From an uncultured virus (IMG/VR IMGVR_UViG_3300037466_003063) (taxonomy: Duplodnaviria; Heunggongvirae; Uroviricota; Caudoviricetes), in the IMG/VR virus record IMGVR_UViG_3300037466_003063: DNA of 64,000 bases. One strand, 5' to 3'. Positions 1 through 9,453 of this stretch are shown here, piece after piece. Position numbers and translations under genes: made by a program. The notes under the pieces are model-generated. The model saw nothing but the letters and a program-made list of their open reading frames with translations, was not told the DNA's origin and did no database searches. Numbering within the stretch: the first letter of the stretch is position 1; every line of letters starts with the position of its first letter.

Positions 1-794
1 TCACGACAACGCCGCTCAGCTTGAACGGAATCGACGCAGGAACGCCGACGCTCGACACGCCGGCCTTCTCGACAATTCACGCGCTCAGTGGATCCGGTGT
101 CGACGCCGGAACCCCGACGCTCGCCTCACCGACGCTCGCTCAAGTTCACGCGCTATCGTTAACCGATACATCGGCGGGCGCTCCGCTCCTCGATGCAGCA
201 GTCGTGTCCCAGACGCACTCCTTTTCTCCGCTAGCGATCGATGCCGGCGCACCGACACTCGACTCCCCGTCCTTTTCCTCGGTCGTGACGGTTGATCTGG
301 TGCTGCTCGGCGTCGATGCCGGAATCCCTACGCTGGATGGGATGTCGTTCGCGCAGACTAATGCGCTTGGCGCTCCCGCCCTGGACGCTGGAACCCCGAC
401 GCTCGACGCGCCGTCCTTTTCTCAAGCGCATGTCTTGTTGCCGATTTCGATCGACGCTGGCTCGCCGGTTCTTTCATCCGCGGACATCGTGCAGAACCAC
501 GCGATCTCAGCGCAATCCATTGACTCGGGTGCTCCGGTGCTAGGTTCTCCCGCCTTGGGTCAGTTGCACGTCATGGCGCCCCTCTCCATTGACTCGGGCG
601 TGCCGACGCTCGGCAGTCCTGCACTGGCCGATCCGAATGTAGCGATTCCGCTCGTTCCTCTCGACATCACCGCGGGCTTCCCCGTGCTCGGCAGTCCGGT
701 GCTGCGTAGTCCTCCCGCGCTTGAAAAGCTCTGCGTTCATTCGCGTGTCCGCCGTACGCGCTTCCACCGGCTGCTGCCTCCTTTCTATCATTGA
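1..794 (+). CDS. Repeat protein with ~10 copies of a 23-aa IDAGxPxLxxPxxxQxHxL unit; 5'-truncated, probably virion-associated
   Basis: Frame is open to the window edge; periodic DAG/DSG-x-P-x-L repeats; lies directly upstream of gpW. Confidence 0.6.
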   Translation, partial: TTTPLSLNGIDAGTPTLDTPAFSTIHALSGSGVDAGTPTLASPTLAQVHALSLTDTSAGAPLLDAAVVSQTHSFSPLAIDAGAPTLDSPSFSSVVTVDLVLLGVDAGIPTLDGMSFAQTNALGAPALDAGTPTLDAPSFSQAHVLLPISIDAGSPVLSSADIVQNHAISAQSIDSGAPVLGSPALGQLHVMAPLSIDSGVPTLGSPALADPNVAIPLVPLDITAGFPVLGSPVLRSPPALEKLCVHSRVRRTRFHRLLPPFYH

Positions 795-880
795 ATGAAC
801 GGTTCAACCTGCGCTTGACAAGCTGGACTGAATTCACTAAACGGTTGCATAACCCACCATTACGTGCGATTTAGGCGCGG

Positions 881-1111
881 ATGCCCCTGTCCGCCGAAGA
901 GATCGCTGTTCTGCAGACGCGCCTCGATGAAGCGGAGGCGGCGTTCCATAAACTTATGACCGGCGCTTCGGTGGCGGAATTCCGCGACGCGAACGGCGAG
1001 CAGGTGCGCTACACGGCGGCGAACTCGGGCAAGCTCGCTCGCTACATTCAATCTCTGAAGGATCAGATCGCTGGTACGGAAAGCGGTCCTCTGAGGCCGT
1101 TCTACCTATGA
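881..1111 (+). CDS. Head-tail joining protein (lambda gpW family)
   Basis: 76 aa, EAEAAFHKLMTG..NGEQVRYTAAN..L..YI..LK pattern, overlaps the portal start (ATGA). Confidence 0.9.
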   Translation: MPLSAEEIAVLQTRLDEAEAAFHKLMTGASVAEFRDANGEQVRYTAANSGKLARYIQSLKDQIAGTESGPLRPFYL

Positions 1112-2859
1112 GCGAATTTGACGAACTGCTCAGCGGCGGTTCCCCTTCCGCGCGTGCAGCGCTCCCTGCGCCGGTCACGGTCCCACCGGTCGCAGGGAGC
1201 GATCTCGCGCTTGGGCCGATGGAAGCTGCTGACCGCGAAAACAGCGTGATCGCACTTTGGTCGTCGCCGCTGCAGTCAGCCGACGCTGACATCCTGCCCG
1301 AGAAGCAGGTGGTCGACGGCCGCGCCCGCGACATGATGCGCAACGACGCGTTCGTCCAGGGCGGCCAGCAGCTGCACAAGGACAACATCGTCGGCGCGCA
1401 CTATCTGCTGAACGCGCGCCCCTCGTCGCGCGTGCTGTTCGGTAAGCAGGACGACGCCTGGGAAGAAGCGTTTCAGGAGGAAGTCGAGGAGAAGTGGGAA
1501 CTCTATTCCGATTCTCCTGACTGTTGGGTCGACGCGGCGCGGCTGAACAATTTCACGGCGCATATCCGTCTCGCTGTCGGCGTTCATCTCCTCGGCGGCG
1601 AAGTGCTCGCGACGGCCGAGTGGATCACCGATGACGGCGCGCCCTTCTCGACGGCCATTCAGATGGTCGAGATCGACCGCCTTTGCACGCGGATGGACGA
1701 TCCATCTTCGATGATGGACCCGAACATTCGTGCCGGCGTCCGTTTCAACAGCCGCGGCGCGCCGATCGCCTACCAGATCCGCACGCAGCATTGGGCCGAC
1801 TATGGTCCGCAGCCCTTCGGCCTTCCGCAGTGGAAGGAGATTCCGATCCGCAAGCCTTGGGGCCGGATACAGGTCATTCACCTGTTCGAGTCTCAGCGCC
1901 CCGAGCAGACCCGCGGCATCACCGAGATGGCGAGCGCCCTCAAGGCGATGAAGATCACGCATACGTTCCGCGACATCCAGGTGCAGAACGCCGTGACGCA
2001 GGCGCTCTACGCCGCTGCGATCACGTCGGAGCGTCCGCCCAATGAGGTCTTCGCTGCGCTAGGCGGAGGCACCGCATCACCCGAAGCGATGCAGGCGGCG
2101 ATCGACTCTTACTGCCAAGGTTACCTCGGCTCGGTCGCCGAATATGTCAGCAGCGGCAAGGGTCTGCAGATCGACGGCGTCAAGATCCCGCGCCTCTACC
2201 CCGGCGAAAAGCTCGAACTGCTGTCTCCCGGCAGCAACGGTCCGCTCGGCACCGAGTTCGAGCAGTCGCTGCTGCGTTACATCGCGGCTGCGCTCGGCGT
2301 CAGCTACGAGCAACTGGCACGCGACTACACCAACACGAATTATTCCTCTGCCCGCGCTGCGATGGTCGAGACCTGGAAGTTCATGCAGTCGCGCAAGAAG
2401 GCGATTGCCGACCGGTTCGCCTCGCATATCTACCGCCTGTGGCTCGAAGAGGCGATGAACACAGGCCAGATCGAGGCGGTGAAGCGCCGCGGTATGCCCT
2501 CGCTCTACAGCCCGCAGAGCGGCAGCCGGTTCGGCCGTCTCAACCTCAATTTCGATGCGATCTCGCGCTGTGAGTGGATCGGCGCGTCGCGCGGCCAGAT
2601 CGACGAGCAGAAGGAAACGGAAGCGGCGATCGCCAAGATCAACGCCGGCCTGTCCACCGCAGAAGACGAACTCGCGCGGCTCGGCAAGGATTGGCGCAAG
2701 GTCTTCCGCCAGATTCAGCGCGAGCAGGAGATGCGCAAGACGCTCGGCCTCGTGCTGCCCGGTCTCGAACCGAAAGTGGCGCCAACGGCCACGCAGTCGA
2801 ACGACAACAACCCCGACGACACGCCCTCAGACACGAACAAGAAAGCGGCGAAGCAATGA
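1108..2859 (+). CDS. Portal protein, lambda family
   Basis: RARDMMRND, LLRYIAAALGVSYEQLARDYTNTNYSSAR, GQIDEQKE motifs. Confidence 0.95.
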   Translation: MSEFDELLSGGSPSARAALPAPVTVPPVAGSDLALGPMEAADRENSVIALWSSPLQSADADILPEKQVVDGRARDMMRNDAFVQGGQQLHKDNIVGAHYLLNARPSSRVLFGKQDDAWEEAFQEEVEEKWELYSDSPDCWVDAARLNNFTAHIRLAVGVHLLGGEVLATAEWITDDGAPFSTAIQMVEIDRLCTRMDDPSSMMDPNIRAGVRFNSRGAPIAYQIRTQHWADYGPQPFGLPQWKEIPIRKPWGRIQVIHLFESQRPEQTRGITEMASALKAMKITHTFRDIQVQNAVTQALYAAAITSERPPNEVFAALGGGTASPEAMQAAIDSYCQGYLGSVAEYVSSGKGLQIDGVKIPRLYPGEKLELLSPGSNGPLGTEFEQSLLRYIAAALGVSYEQLARDYTNTNYSSARAAMVETWKFMQSRKKAIADRFASHIYRLWLEEAMNTGQIEAVKRRGMPSLYSPQSGSRFGRLNLNFDAISRCEWIGASRGQIDEQKETEAAIAKINAGLSTAEDELARLGKDWRKVFRQIQREQEMRKTLGLVLPGLEPKVAPTATQSNDNNPDDTPSDTNKKAAKQ

Positions 2860-4181
2860 CGATGACGAATCCGCTCATGGCTCGTTTCGCGGGTGAGCCG
2901 GCTCTCATCGAGCCGACGCAGACCGAGCGATTCCGCGCGTGCCTCGAAGCCGTCGCTGCTTCCGAGCACGCCACCATATTGTTGACCGAGCAAGCGCAGA
3001 CCGACGAAGACTTCTGGCAATTCGACCCAAATAGCTTCCTCGCGATGCTGCGGCCGTACGTGGTCAAAGACGGCATTTTGCACATTCCTGTAAAAGGCGT
3101 GCTGCTGCACAACTTCCCTTACGCCTTCGGATCATGGGCGACGGGTTACATCTACATTCAGAAGGCGTTCGAGCGCGGCATGGCGGACGCCAACGTGAAG
3201 GCGGTTGCGCTGGTGATCGACAGCCCTGGTGGCATGGTCGCCGGCTGCTTCGATGCGCTGGACAAGATGCTCGCCGTCAAGTCGAAGCCGGTTCGCGCTT
3301 TTGCGCACGAGGCAGCTTACTCCGCAGCCTATGCGATGGCGATGGCGGCAGATCATATTGCAGTCAGCCGCACCGGCGGCGTCGGCTCAGTCGGCGTGGT
3401 TACGAGCCACATTGACCTGTCCAAGGCGCTCGACGCAGCAGGCATCAAGATCACGTTCATTCACGCGGGCAAGCACAAGGTCGACGGTAACTATACGGAA
3501 CCGCTCGCCGACGATGTCAAAGCCCGCATTCAGGCTCGCATCGACGAGCTTTACGCAGTCTTCGTGTCAGCAGTGGCACGGGGCCGTGCGATGGAGGAGC
3601 AGGCGGTTCGGGACACCGAGGCGCTAACCTACACCGCCACGCAAGCAGTATCGATTGGGTTCGCCGATTCCATCGGTTCGCTCGACGATGCGGTAGCCGC
3701 ATTCGCGGCTTTCCTGGACGACCAGTCCGACAACCAAGGAGAAGAAGCAATGGCTGAGGAAGCCAAGACTTCGGCGGTCGATCAGGCCGCTGTCGATGCC
3801 GCGCGAACGGAAGGTCAGACGACCGGACGCAGCGAGGGCGCAACCGCCGAGCGTGAGCGCATTGCCGCGATTCTCGGCTGCGATGAGGCGAAGGACCGTC
3901 CGGCCCTTGCACAGCACATCGCGATGAAGACGGCCATGTCTCCCGACGAGGCCAAGGCGATGCTCGCAGCCTCTGCGAAGGAGACCGTCGAGGCTCCGGC
4001 GCAGACCGACGACGAGGAGGAAGCCAAGGGTGACACCGGTTTCTCCGGTGCCATGTCGAAGGGCAACCCCGATGTCGGCGGCGGCAGCGGCGGCGGCAAC
4101 GAGCCGGAAGCCAAGGAGGACGGCAGCGACGTTCTCGCGCTTGCGGCGTCGGTCGGCATCAAGGGCTTCGAGAAGAAGTAA
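2856..4181 (+). CDS. S49 family prohead protease with C-terminal scaffold (lambda gpC-like)
   Basis: DSPGG, AYSAAY, GSVGV motifs; true start is ATG 2856 overlapping the portal stop. Confidence 0.92.
   Translation: MTMTNPLMARFAGEPALIEPTQTERFRACLEAVAASEHATILLTEQAQTDEDFWQFDPNSFLAMLRPYVVKDGILHIPVKGVLLHNFPYAFGSWATGYIYIQKAFERGMADANVKAVALVIDSPGGMVAGCFDALDKMLAVKSKPVRAFAHEAAYSAAYAMAMAADHIAVSRTGGVGSVGVVTSHIDLSKALDAAGIKITFIHAGKHKVDGNYTEPLADDVKARIQARIDELYAVFVSAVARGRAMEEQAVRDTEALTYTATQAVSIGFADSIGSLDDAVAAFAAFLDDQSDNQGEEAMAEEAKTSAVDQAAVDAARTEGQTTGRSEGATAERERIAAILGCDEAKDRPALAQHIAMKTAMSPDEAKAMLAASAKETVEAPAQTDDEEEAKGDTGFSGAMSKGNPDVGGGSGGGNEPEAKEDGSDVLALAASVGIKGFEKK
3750..4181 (+). CDS. Nested in-frame scaffolding protein (Nu3-like)
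   Basis: In-frame ATG at 3750 preceded by AAGGAGA; AERERIAAIL motif; same arrangement as lambda C/Nu3. Confidence 0.65.
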   Translation: MAEEAKTSAVDQAAVDAARTEGQTTGRSEGATAERERIAAILGCDEAKDRPALAQHIAMKTAMSPDEAKAMLAASAKETVEAPAQTDDEEEAKGDTGFSGAMSKGNPDVGGGSGGGNEPEAKEDGSDVLALAASVGIKGFEKK

Positions 4182-4211
4182 GCTCTCCCTCTCGCAACAA
4201 GGAACGCAACA

Positions 4212-4682
4212 ATGACGGACATCAATGCGTCTTACAAGAATGCCGGGGCGCGCGCCGTTCCTGCATTCGAGCAGCTGGACTCGTATATCGACTCCAACCT
4301 CGTCGCAGGCGCCGAGCCGGCCATCAGCCAGCCCGTGCGCATCCTGCTCGCGTCGTCGAAGACGCTTTCTCAGTTCAGCGTCGTCGGTGTCGACGCCAGC
4401 GGTCACCTGACCCTGGCGACGTACGATGCCGACCCGTCGCTGGCCGTGAAGCCGATCGGCGTGCTCATGCAGGCAGCCACCTCCGGCGCGTCGAACTCGA
4501 CCATCTACGGCGAAGTGTCGCTCAGCGGCTGCTACAACGCCGGGTCGGACGACACCGGCTCTGACAGCCCGCTGGTCTGGGATGCCACCTACGACACCCT
4601 CGCGAAGAAAACCGCAGGGCCGCTGGTGGTCGGCAATCCGGATCTCGTCTTCCGCAGCCGTCTCGGCGCCAACGCGTCGTAA
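4212..4682 (+). CDS. Head decoration protein (gpD-like)
   Basis: Size and position between protease and capsid genes. Confidence 0.8.
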   Translation: MTDINASYKNAGARAVPAFEQLDSYIDSNLVAGAEPAISQPVRILLASSKTLSQFSVVGVDASGHLTLATYDADPSLAVKPIGVLMQAATSGASNSTIYGEVSLSGCYNAGSDDTGSDSPLVWDATYDTLAKKTAGPLVVGNPDLVFRSRLGANAS

Positions 4683-4732
4683 CCTACGTTTCAACCGTAG
4701 GTTCAGACCTCAACTCTCAGGAGTAAAAGAAA

Positions 4733-5815
4733 ATGGCAAATCCGTACGAGCTTTGGCAGACTCGCCAGCTCCTCGGCGTCTTCCGCGACAGCAAGCCGGA
4801 GACGTTCTACTTCGGCCGTCTCTTCCCGAACCAGATGCTCTCCGACAGCGAGTGGATCGACTTCGAGAAGCTGCCGGTTCGCAGCCGCAAGCTGGCGCCC
4901 TTCGTGAAGCCCCTCGGCCGCGGCCATGGCGTCTTCACCGACAAGGTCGACGGTTATCGGTTCAAGCCGGCGAACGTCGTCGTCGAGGACTCCGTCGATC
5001 CGCTTCGTCCGCTGACCATGCAGCCGGGTATCGATCCGTCGATGCTCGACGTTCGTCAGCGCCTGTCGCCGATGCAGCGCCTGTCGCTCATCAAGGCGCA
5101 GATGCTGCGCGAGATGCAGCTGGCGGTCGAGCGCCGGTGGGAGTGGATGCGCGCCCGCGCGATCATCGACGGCAAGGTGACTTGCGTCTACAAGGACGGC
5201 GCTTCCGTCCTCGTCGACTTCAAGCGCGACGCCGGCCACACCGAAACGCTCACCTCGGGCAACTATTGGGGTGACACCGGTGTGTCGATCCTCGACCACG
5301 TCAAGACGATCATGGACACCATGGTCGATGCGGACTTCGGCGGCCTGCCGACCCGCATCACGATGGGCGGCGGCGTCGCCACCGTCGTGCGCAAGGACGC
5401 GGAGATTTTGGATCACCTCGACGTGAACAAGCGCGGCGGTGTTCACACCGTCGATCGCGGAATCGCGCCGAGCGACAAAATCTTCAAGTTCGGCGAACTG
5501 TTCATTGGCGGTGCCTCCGGCCACGTCATCGAACTGTGGGTCAACAACGAGACCTACACCGCCGACAACGGCACGCAGACGCGGTATCTCGGCAACAACG
5601 AGATCATCGTCGAATCGTCGCCGGAAGCGATCAACGGTTACGAGTGCTTCGGCCAGATCGTCGACAAGGATGCGCAGTATCAGGCCATCCCGATGTTCCC
5701 GAAGAACTTCGAGACCGGCGAGCGCGTCAAGGTCGAGAACCTGTCGGTCGAATCGGCTCCGCTGTTCGTACCGATCAACCCGAACGCTACCTACAAGGCG
5801 ACTGTCATCGCCTAA
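4733..5815 (+). CDS. Major capsid protein (lambda gpE family)
   Basis: RKLAPFVKP, VERRWEWM, ESAPLFVP motifs; strong SD (AGGAG). Confidence 0.95.
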   Translation: MANPYELWQTRQLLGVFRDSKPETFYFGRLFPNQMLSDSEWIDFEKLPVRSRKLAPFVKPLGRGHGVFTDKVDGYRFKPANVVVEDSVDPLRPLTMQPGIDPSMLDVRQRLSPMQRLSLIKAQMLREMQLAVERRWEWMRARAIIDGKVTCVYKDGASVLVDFKRDAGHTETLTSGNYWGDTGVSILDHVKTIMDTMVDADFGGLPTRITMGGGVATVVRKDAEILDHLDVNKRGGVHTVDRGIAPSDKIFKFGELFIGGASGHVIELWVNNETYTADNGTQTRYLGNNEIIVESSPEAINGYECFGQIVDKDAQYQAIPMFPKNFETGERVKVENLSVESAPLFVPINPNATYKATVIA

Positions 5816-5830
5816 CGGGTGACGTGAAAC

Positions 5831-5866
5831 GGAGCGGCGGGTTTGCGGATCCGCCGCTCCATCTTT
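5831..5866 (+). terminator. Hairpin after capsid gene
   Basis: GGAGCGGCGG/CCGCCGCTCC stem, weak T tail. Confidence 0.6.
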
Positions 5867-5891
5867 CCCAAACAGAAGAAGGGCCGATTTT

Positions 5892-6299
5892 ATGAGCCGC
5901 AATAAGCGTAACCAGGCAGCCGCTGCTCCTGCAGCCGCTCCAAAGGCGGACGAAGATTCATTCGACAGCCTGACCGCTGCTCCCGTTGCCGATGCCGATG
6001 GCGACGGCCACGACGATGCCACAGGTCAGTTCGTGGAGGGCAACCCTGGACGCCCGTCCGAGGAAGCCGCTGATCCTGTCACCGACGATGAGCCTGCCAC
6101 CGACGCGGAAGACGAAGCTCCCGCAGCCGAGGCGACCGAACTCGTGCCGGTCTTCGCGCTCAACCGCATCAACGGCAAGCCGGCGGAGCGCATCTTCACG
6201 CCGGACAGCATCGAGCAGCTGAACGAGCTTCGGCAGCTTGGCGCCGTTCGCAACCTCACCGCGGCTGAGGCCGCAATCTTCGGCGCTCAGAGCGAGTAG
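5892..6299 (+). CDS. Hypothetical acidic virion-region protein
   Basis: ORF in operon after capsid. Confidence 0.7.
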   Translation: MSRNKRNQAAAAPAAAPKADEDSFDSLTAAPVADADGDGHDDATGQFVEGNPGRPSEEAADPVTDDEPATDAEDEAPAAEATELVPVFALNRINGKPAERIFTPDSIEQLNELRQLGAVRNLTAAEAAIFGAQSE

Positions 6300-6302
6300 C
6301 CG

Positions 6303-6677
6303 ATGAGCCGCTTGCGCGACATCAAGCGGCAGGTGCGCGGGGACCTCCACCTTCAGGCGGCGGTTCCCGCGCTCTACATTCCCGTGCCAAACGCAACGCC
6401 GGTCGCTTGCACCGTGCGTGTTTGGCTCAAGTCCGACGAGATGACCGGCGCCGCCGCCCAGGAAGGGTCGGCGATGATGACGAATCCCGAGGACCGCCTT
6501 CGTTTCGACCTCGCCGAGTTCAGCGCGCCGCTGCGCGTGCAGACCGCAGTCGTCTCCGTGGAAGCCGGCGAGGCTTACCGCATCGACCACCTCTACCCTG
6601 CCGACCTCGGCTACCAGACCGCTCGCGTTACTCGTCTGAGCGCGTCCGAAGCTGCAGGTCTCCCCGTACCGGCATGA
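6303..6677 (+). CDS. Head-tail joining/head closure protein (gpFII-like)
   Basis: Position and size as in Chi-like phages. Confidence 0.65.
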   Translation: MSRLRDIKRQVRGDLHLQAAVPALYIPVPNATPVACTVRVWLKSDEMTGAAAQEGSAMMTNPEDRLRFDLAEFSAPLRVQTAVVSVEAGEAYRIDHLYPADLGYQTARVTRLSASEAAGLPVPA

Positions 6678-7315
6678 CCGAGTTCCGTGCTGAAAATCGA
6701 GGCGGCATCTACGTCGTCGCGGTCGAAGGTCTGTCCGCGCTGAGGGCGCTGGAGGATATTCCCGCGAACGTGAAGCGTGCGGCACTGCAGGCGGTCAACC
6801 GCACTGCCGATCGCACGCGCACCGCCGCCGCGCGCAGGATGCGCGAGCAGGTGAACTGGCGCGCGAGCTACCTCTCGCCGAGCCAAGGCCGCTTCAACGT
6901 TACCGAGCGTGCTCGTGCCGACAGCCTCGAAGCGCGCATCACCGCGCGCCAGCGGCCGACCAGCCTTGCGTCATTCAGCACCGGCACGGTCGGCGGGAAG
7001 AACGGTGTCACCGTGCAGGTGGCGCCCGGTTTCGCGAAGCTGATGAAGCGCGCCTTCCTGGTGCGGCTTCGCGTTGGCAGCCTGCCGCTCGATACACGGT
7101 CGAACCTTGGCCTAGCGATCCGCTTGAAGCCGGGTGAGCGCGTCGACAACAAGCGCGTGATGATCCCGCTGCGGAAGGGCAGCAACGTCTACCTGTTGTA
7201 CGGGCCGAGCGTCGACCAGGTGTTCCGTTCGGTCGCCGGCGAGGTCGCGCCCGACGCTGCCGAATTCCTCGAATCAGAATTCCTCCGTCTGATGGAGTTG
7301 GACCGCAATGCCTGA
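6674..7315 (+). CDS. Tail completion protein (lambda gpZ-like)
   Basis: Basic protein, AVNRTA..R, LYGPSVDQVF; start ATG 6674 overlaps the previous stop. Confidence 0.8.
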   Translation: MTEFRAENRGGIYVVAVEGLSALRALEDIPANVKRAALQAVNRTADRTRTAAARRMREQVNWRASYLSPSQGRFNVTERARADSLEARITARQRPTSLASFSTGTVGGKNGVTVQVAPGFAKLMKRAFLVRLRVGSLPLDTRSNLGLAIRLKPGERVDNKRVMIPLRKGSNVYLLYGPSVDQVFRSVAGEVAPDAAEFLESEFLRLMELDRNA

Positions 7316-7850
7316 TCCGTTCAAGCTCAAGGCGCTGAAGGCGGTGACCGCTGCGCTGAAGGAGATCACCCCGGCCAACGGCTACGTCAACGACCTGGCC
7401 GACTTCGATCCCGGCGACGGGGTGATGACTTCGCGCGTCTACCGCGGCCGTCTGTGGTTCGGCGAGAGCGACCCGATTCCGATGCTCAGCCTCCTCGAAG
7501 GGCAGGATCCTGCAGAGGACGTTGCACCGCCACCGGTCAACACACCTTCCGCTGAATATGATTGGGACCTCATCGTACAGGGTTTCGTCGACGATGATCC
7601 GGCGAACCCCACCGATCCTGCCTATACGTTGCTGGCTGATGTGCGGAAGCGCCTGCTTGCAGAGCGCAAGATACGCACGGCGCAGCACGATCCCAATCCG
7701 TTCGGCCTCGGTCTCGGGAAGAACCGCGTGGTCGATGTGCGTGTCGGTCCAGGCGTCGTTCGCCCCGCCGACGATGTGTCCGCGAAAGCCTGGTTCTGGC
7801 TGCGGTTGACCCTGCGCATCTTCGACAATGCGGAGAATCCTTATGACTAG
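7308..7850 (+). CDS. Tail terminator protein
   Basis: ITPANGY..DL and VYRGR..FG motifs; precedes the major tail gene. Confidence 0.75.
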   Translation: MPDPFKLKALKAVTAALKEITPANGYVNDLADFDPGDGVMTSRVYRGRLWFGESDPIPMLSLLEGQDPAEDVAPPPVNTPSAEYDWDLIVQGFVDDDPANPTDPAYTLLADVRKRLLAERKIRTAQHDPNPFGLGLGKNRVVDVRVGPGVVRPADDVSAKAWFWLRLTLRIFDNAENPYD

Positions 7851-7903
7851 CGTTGGGCGGATTTTCACTATAGAAGTGAAACCAAACTAAAGGAGTGACG
7901 AGA

Positions 7904-8671
7904 ATGGCAATCGGCAATCAGACGCTCGGGCGGGGCAAGGTGTATTTCTCCCTGTTCAAAACCGGCACTTACACGCCGGAAGGCTATCGCTACATCGGCA
8001 ACACGCCGTCGTTCAACGTGACGATCGACAATCAGAAGCTGGAGCACTTTTCCAGCGACGAGGGCATCCGCGTCAAGGACAAGTCGATCATCCTTGAGAC
8101 GACGCAGACCGGCAACATGTCGTGTGACGACATCCAGCTGGAGAACTTGGCGCTGTTCTTCTTCGGCGAATATCAGACGCTGTCGCAGACCTCCGCGACG
8201 GCCGAGACCGAGACCTTCACCGATGTGAAGCAGGGTCTGACCTACCAGATCGGCGTCACTGACTCGACTCCGACCGGCGTCCGCTCGCTGTCGAACGTCG
8301 TGGTCAAGGTCGGCGCTACGACCAAGGCGATCGACACGGACTACACGATCGACACCGAACTCGGCCTGCTGACCATCGTCGACGGCGGCACCATCCTCGA
8401 TCTCGATGATGTGATCGTTACCTATGACCGTGCGGCGAGGTCGCGCGATCAGGTGATCAGCGGCACCGACCAGGTCGAGGGCAGCATCCTGTTCGTCTCG
8501 GCGAATCCCGAGGGCGACAAGATGGACTACCTCATGCCGTATGTCCGCCTCGCGCCGAACGGCGACTTCGCGCTCAAGTCCGACGAGTGGCAGACGCTGA
8601 ACCTCAACGTGGAGATCCTGACGGCACCGAACCGCTCGGCGATCTACGTCGACGGTCGGCCGTACGTCTAA
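7904..8671 (+). CDS. Major tail tube protein
   Basis: LGRGKVYF, YIGNTP, LAPNGDFALK motifs; SD AAGGAG. Confidence 0.88.
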   Translation: MAIGNQTLGRGKVYFSLFKTGTYTPEGYRYIGNTPSFNVTIDNQKLEHFSSDEGIRVKDKSIILETTQTGNMSCDDIQLENLALFFFGEYQTLSQTSATAETETFTDVKQGLTYQIGVTDSTPTGVRSLSNVVVKVGATTKAIDTDYTIDTELGLLTIVDGGTILDLDDVIVTYDRAARSRDQVISGTDQVEGSILFVSANPEGDKMDYLMPYVRLAPNGDFALKSDEWQTLNLNVEILTAPNRSAIYVDGRPYV

Positions 8672-8690
8672 GCTGGAAAGGTGAGGCACG

Positions 8691-9203
8691 ATGGGACTGC
8701 GTAACCTCCCCATTCCGACGAAGACCGTGGAAGTCGCGGACGGTGTCACGTTCACCGTTCGCGGCTTCTCGCCGAATGACGCTCTTTCGATCTATCACCG
8801 CCACCGCGGAGAACTGTCGACGATGTTCGACGATCTCGTCGGCGAGGTGAAGAAGGGCGGCAAGAAGGCGAAGGCCGTCGACGTTGAACAAGTGAAGGCT
8901 TTCGGGGCCAACATGGTCAGCGGTGCGCCGCGGATTATGGCCGAGATCATCGCGATCGCTTCAGGCAGCGTTGCACCTTCTTCGACTCTCAGGGACGAAG
9001 CCGAACTGGCGCGTCTTACCGAAGAGTTCGAGGCGGATGTCGAAGCTGCGCTGAAGCTCTCTGCGGCTGTCCAGATGGACGCGCTGCAGAAGATCGGTGA
9101 CCTGTCCTTCACGCCGGAGATGCCGCCGGGAAAATTCCTCGCCGTCGTGGTAAGGCTGGCGCACAGCGCCACGGCGGCGATGACGCCTTCTTCGACAGCA
9201 TAG
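8691..9203 (+). CDS. Tail assembly chaperone (gpG-like)
   Basis: Between tail tube and tape measure genes; carries a slippery site. Confidence 0.85.
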   Translation: MGLRNLPIPTKTVEVADGVTFTVRGFSPNDALSIYHRHRGELSTMFDDLVGEVKKGGKKAKAVDVEQVKAFGANMVSGAPRIMAEIIAIASGSVAPSSTLRDEAELARLTEEFEADVEAALKLSAAVQMDALQKIGDLSFTPEMPPGKFLAVVVRLAHSATAAMTPSSTA

Positions 9204-9451
9204 AGGAATGGCTGTGGGGAATCCGGAAACAGGTCAGCCTGCTTCTGGATCACGGTCATCCCGACGCTGCCGACTACCCCATCGCTATGGTGTGGGACGA
9301 AGCGTCAATCGTGGCGGATCGCGTCAAGGGACAACTCGCGACGCAGGCGGTTCTCATTCAAGCGGCAACGGCGACAACGGGTTGGGCGGCCAGTCAGAAG
9401 ACCCACGAGCATTTCCAGGGACTGATTAAGCAACTCTCCGGAGAGAACTGA
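9128..9451 (+). other. -1 programmed frameshift (G GGA AAA, 9128-9134) giving a gpGT-like extension that ends at TGA 9449-9451
   Basis: The -1 frame is open (..WLWGIRKQVSLLLDHGHPDAADYPIAMVWDEA..) to 2 nt before the tape measure ATG. Confidence 0.88.
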
Positions 9452-9453
9452 AG

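Noticed and set aside
2574..2855. N-terminal extensions in the ORF track (also 6407, 17029, 22249, 48689, 49183, 54249)
   Set aside because: They overlap upstream genes; coupled downstream starts are more plausible
3624..6022. Long antisense ORFs (e.g. 3624-4694, 4703-6022, also 51167-52255 and 55917-57005)
   Set aside because: Shadow frames of high-GC coding genes
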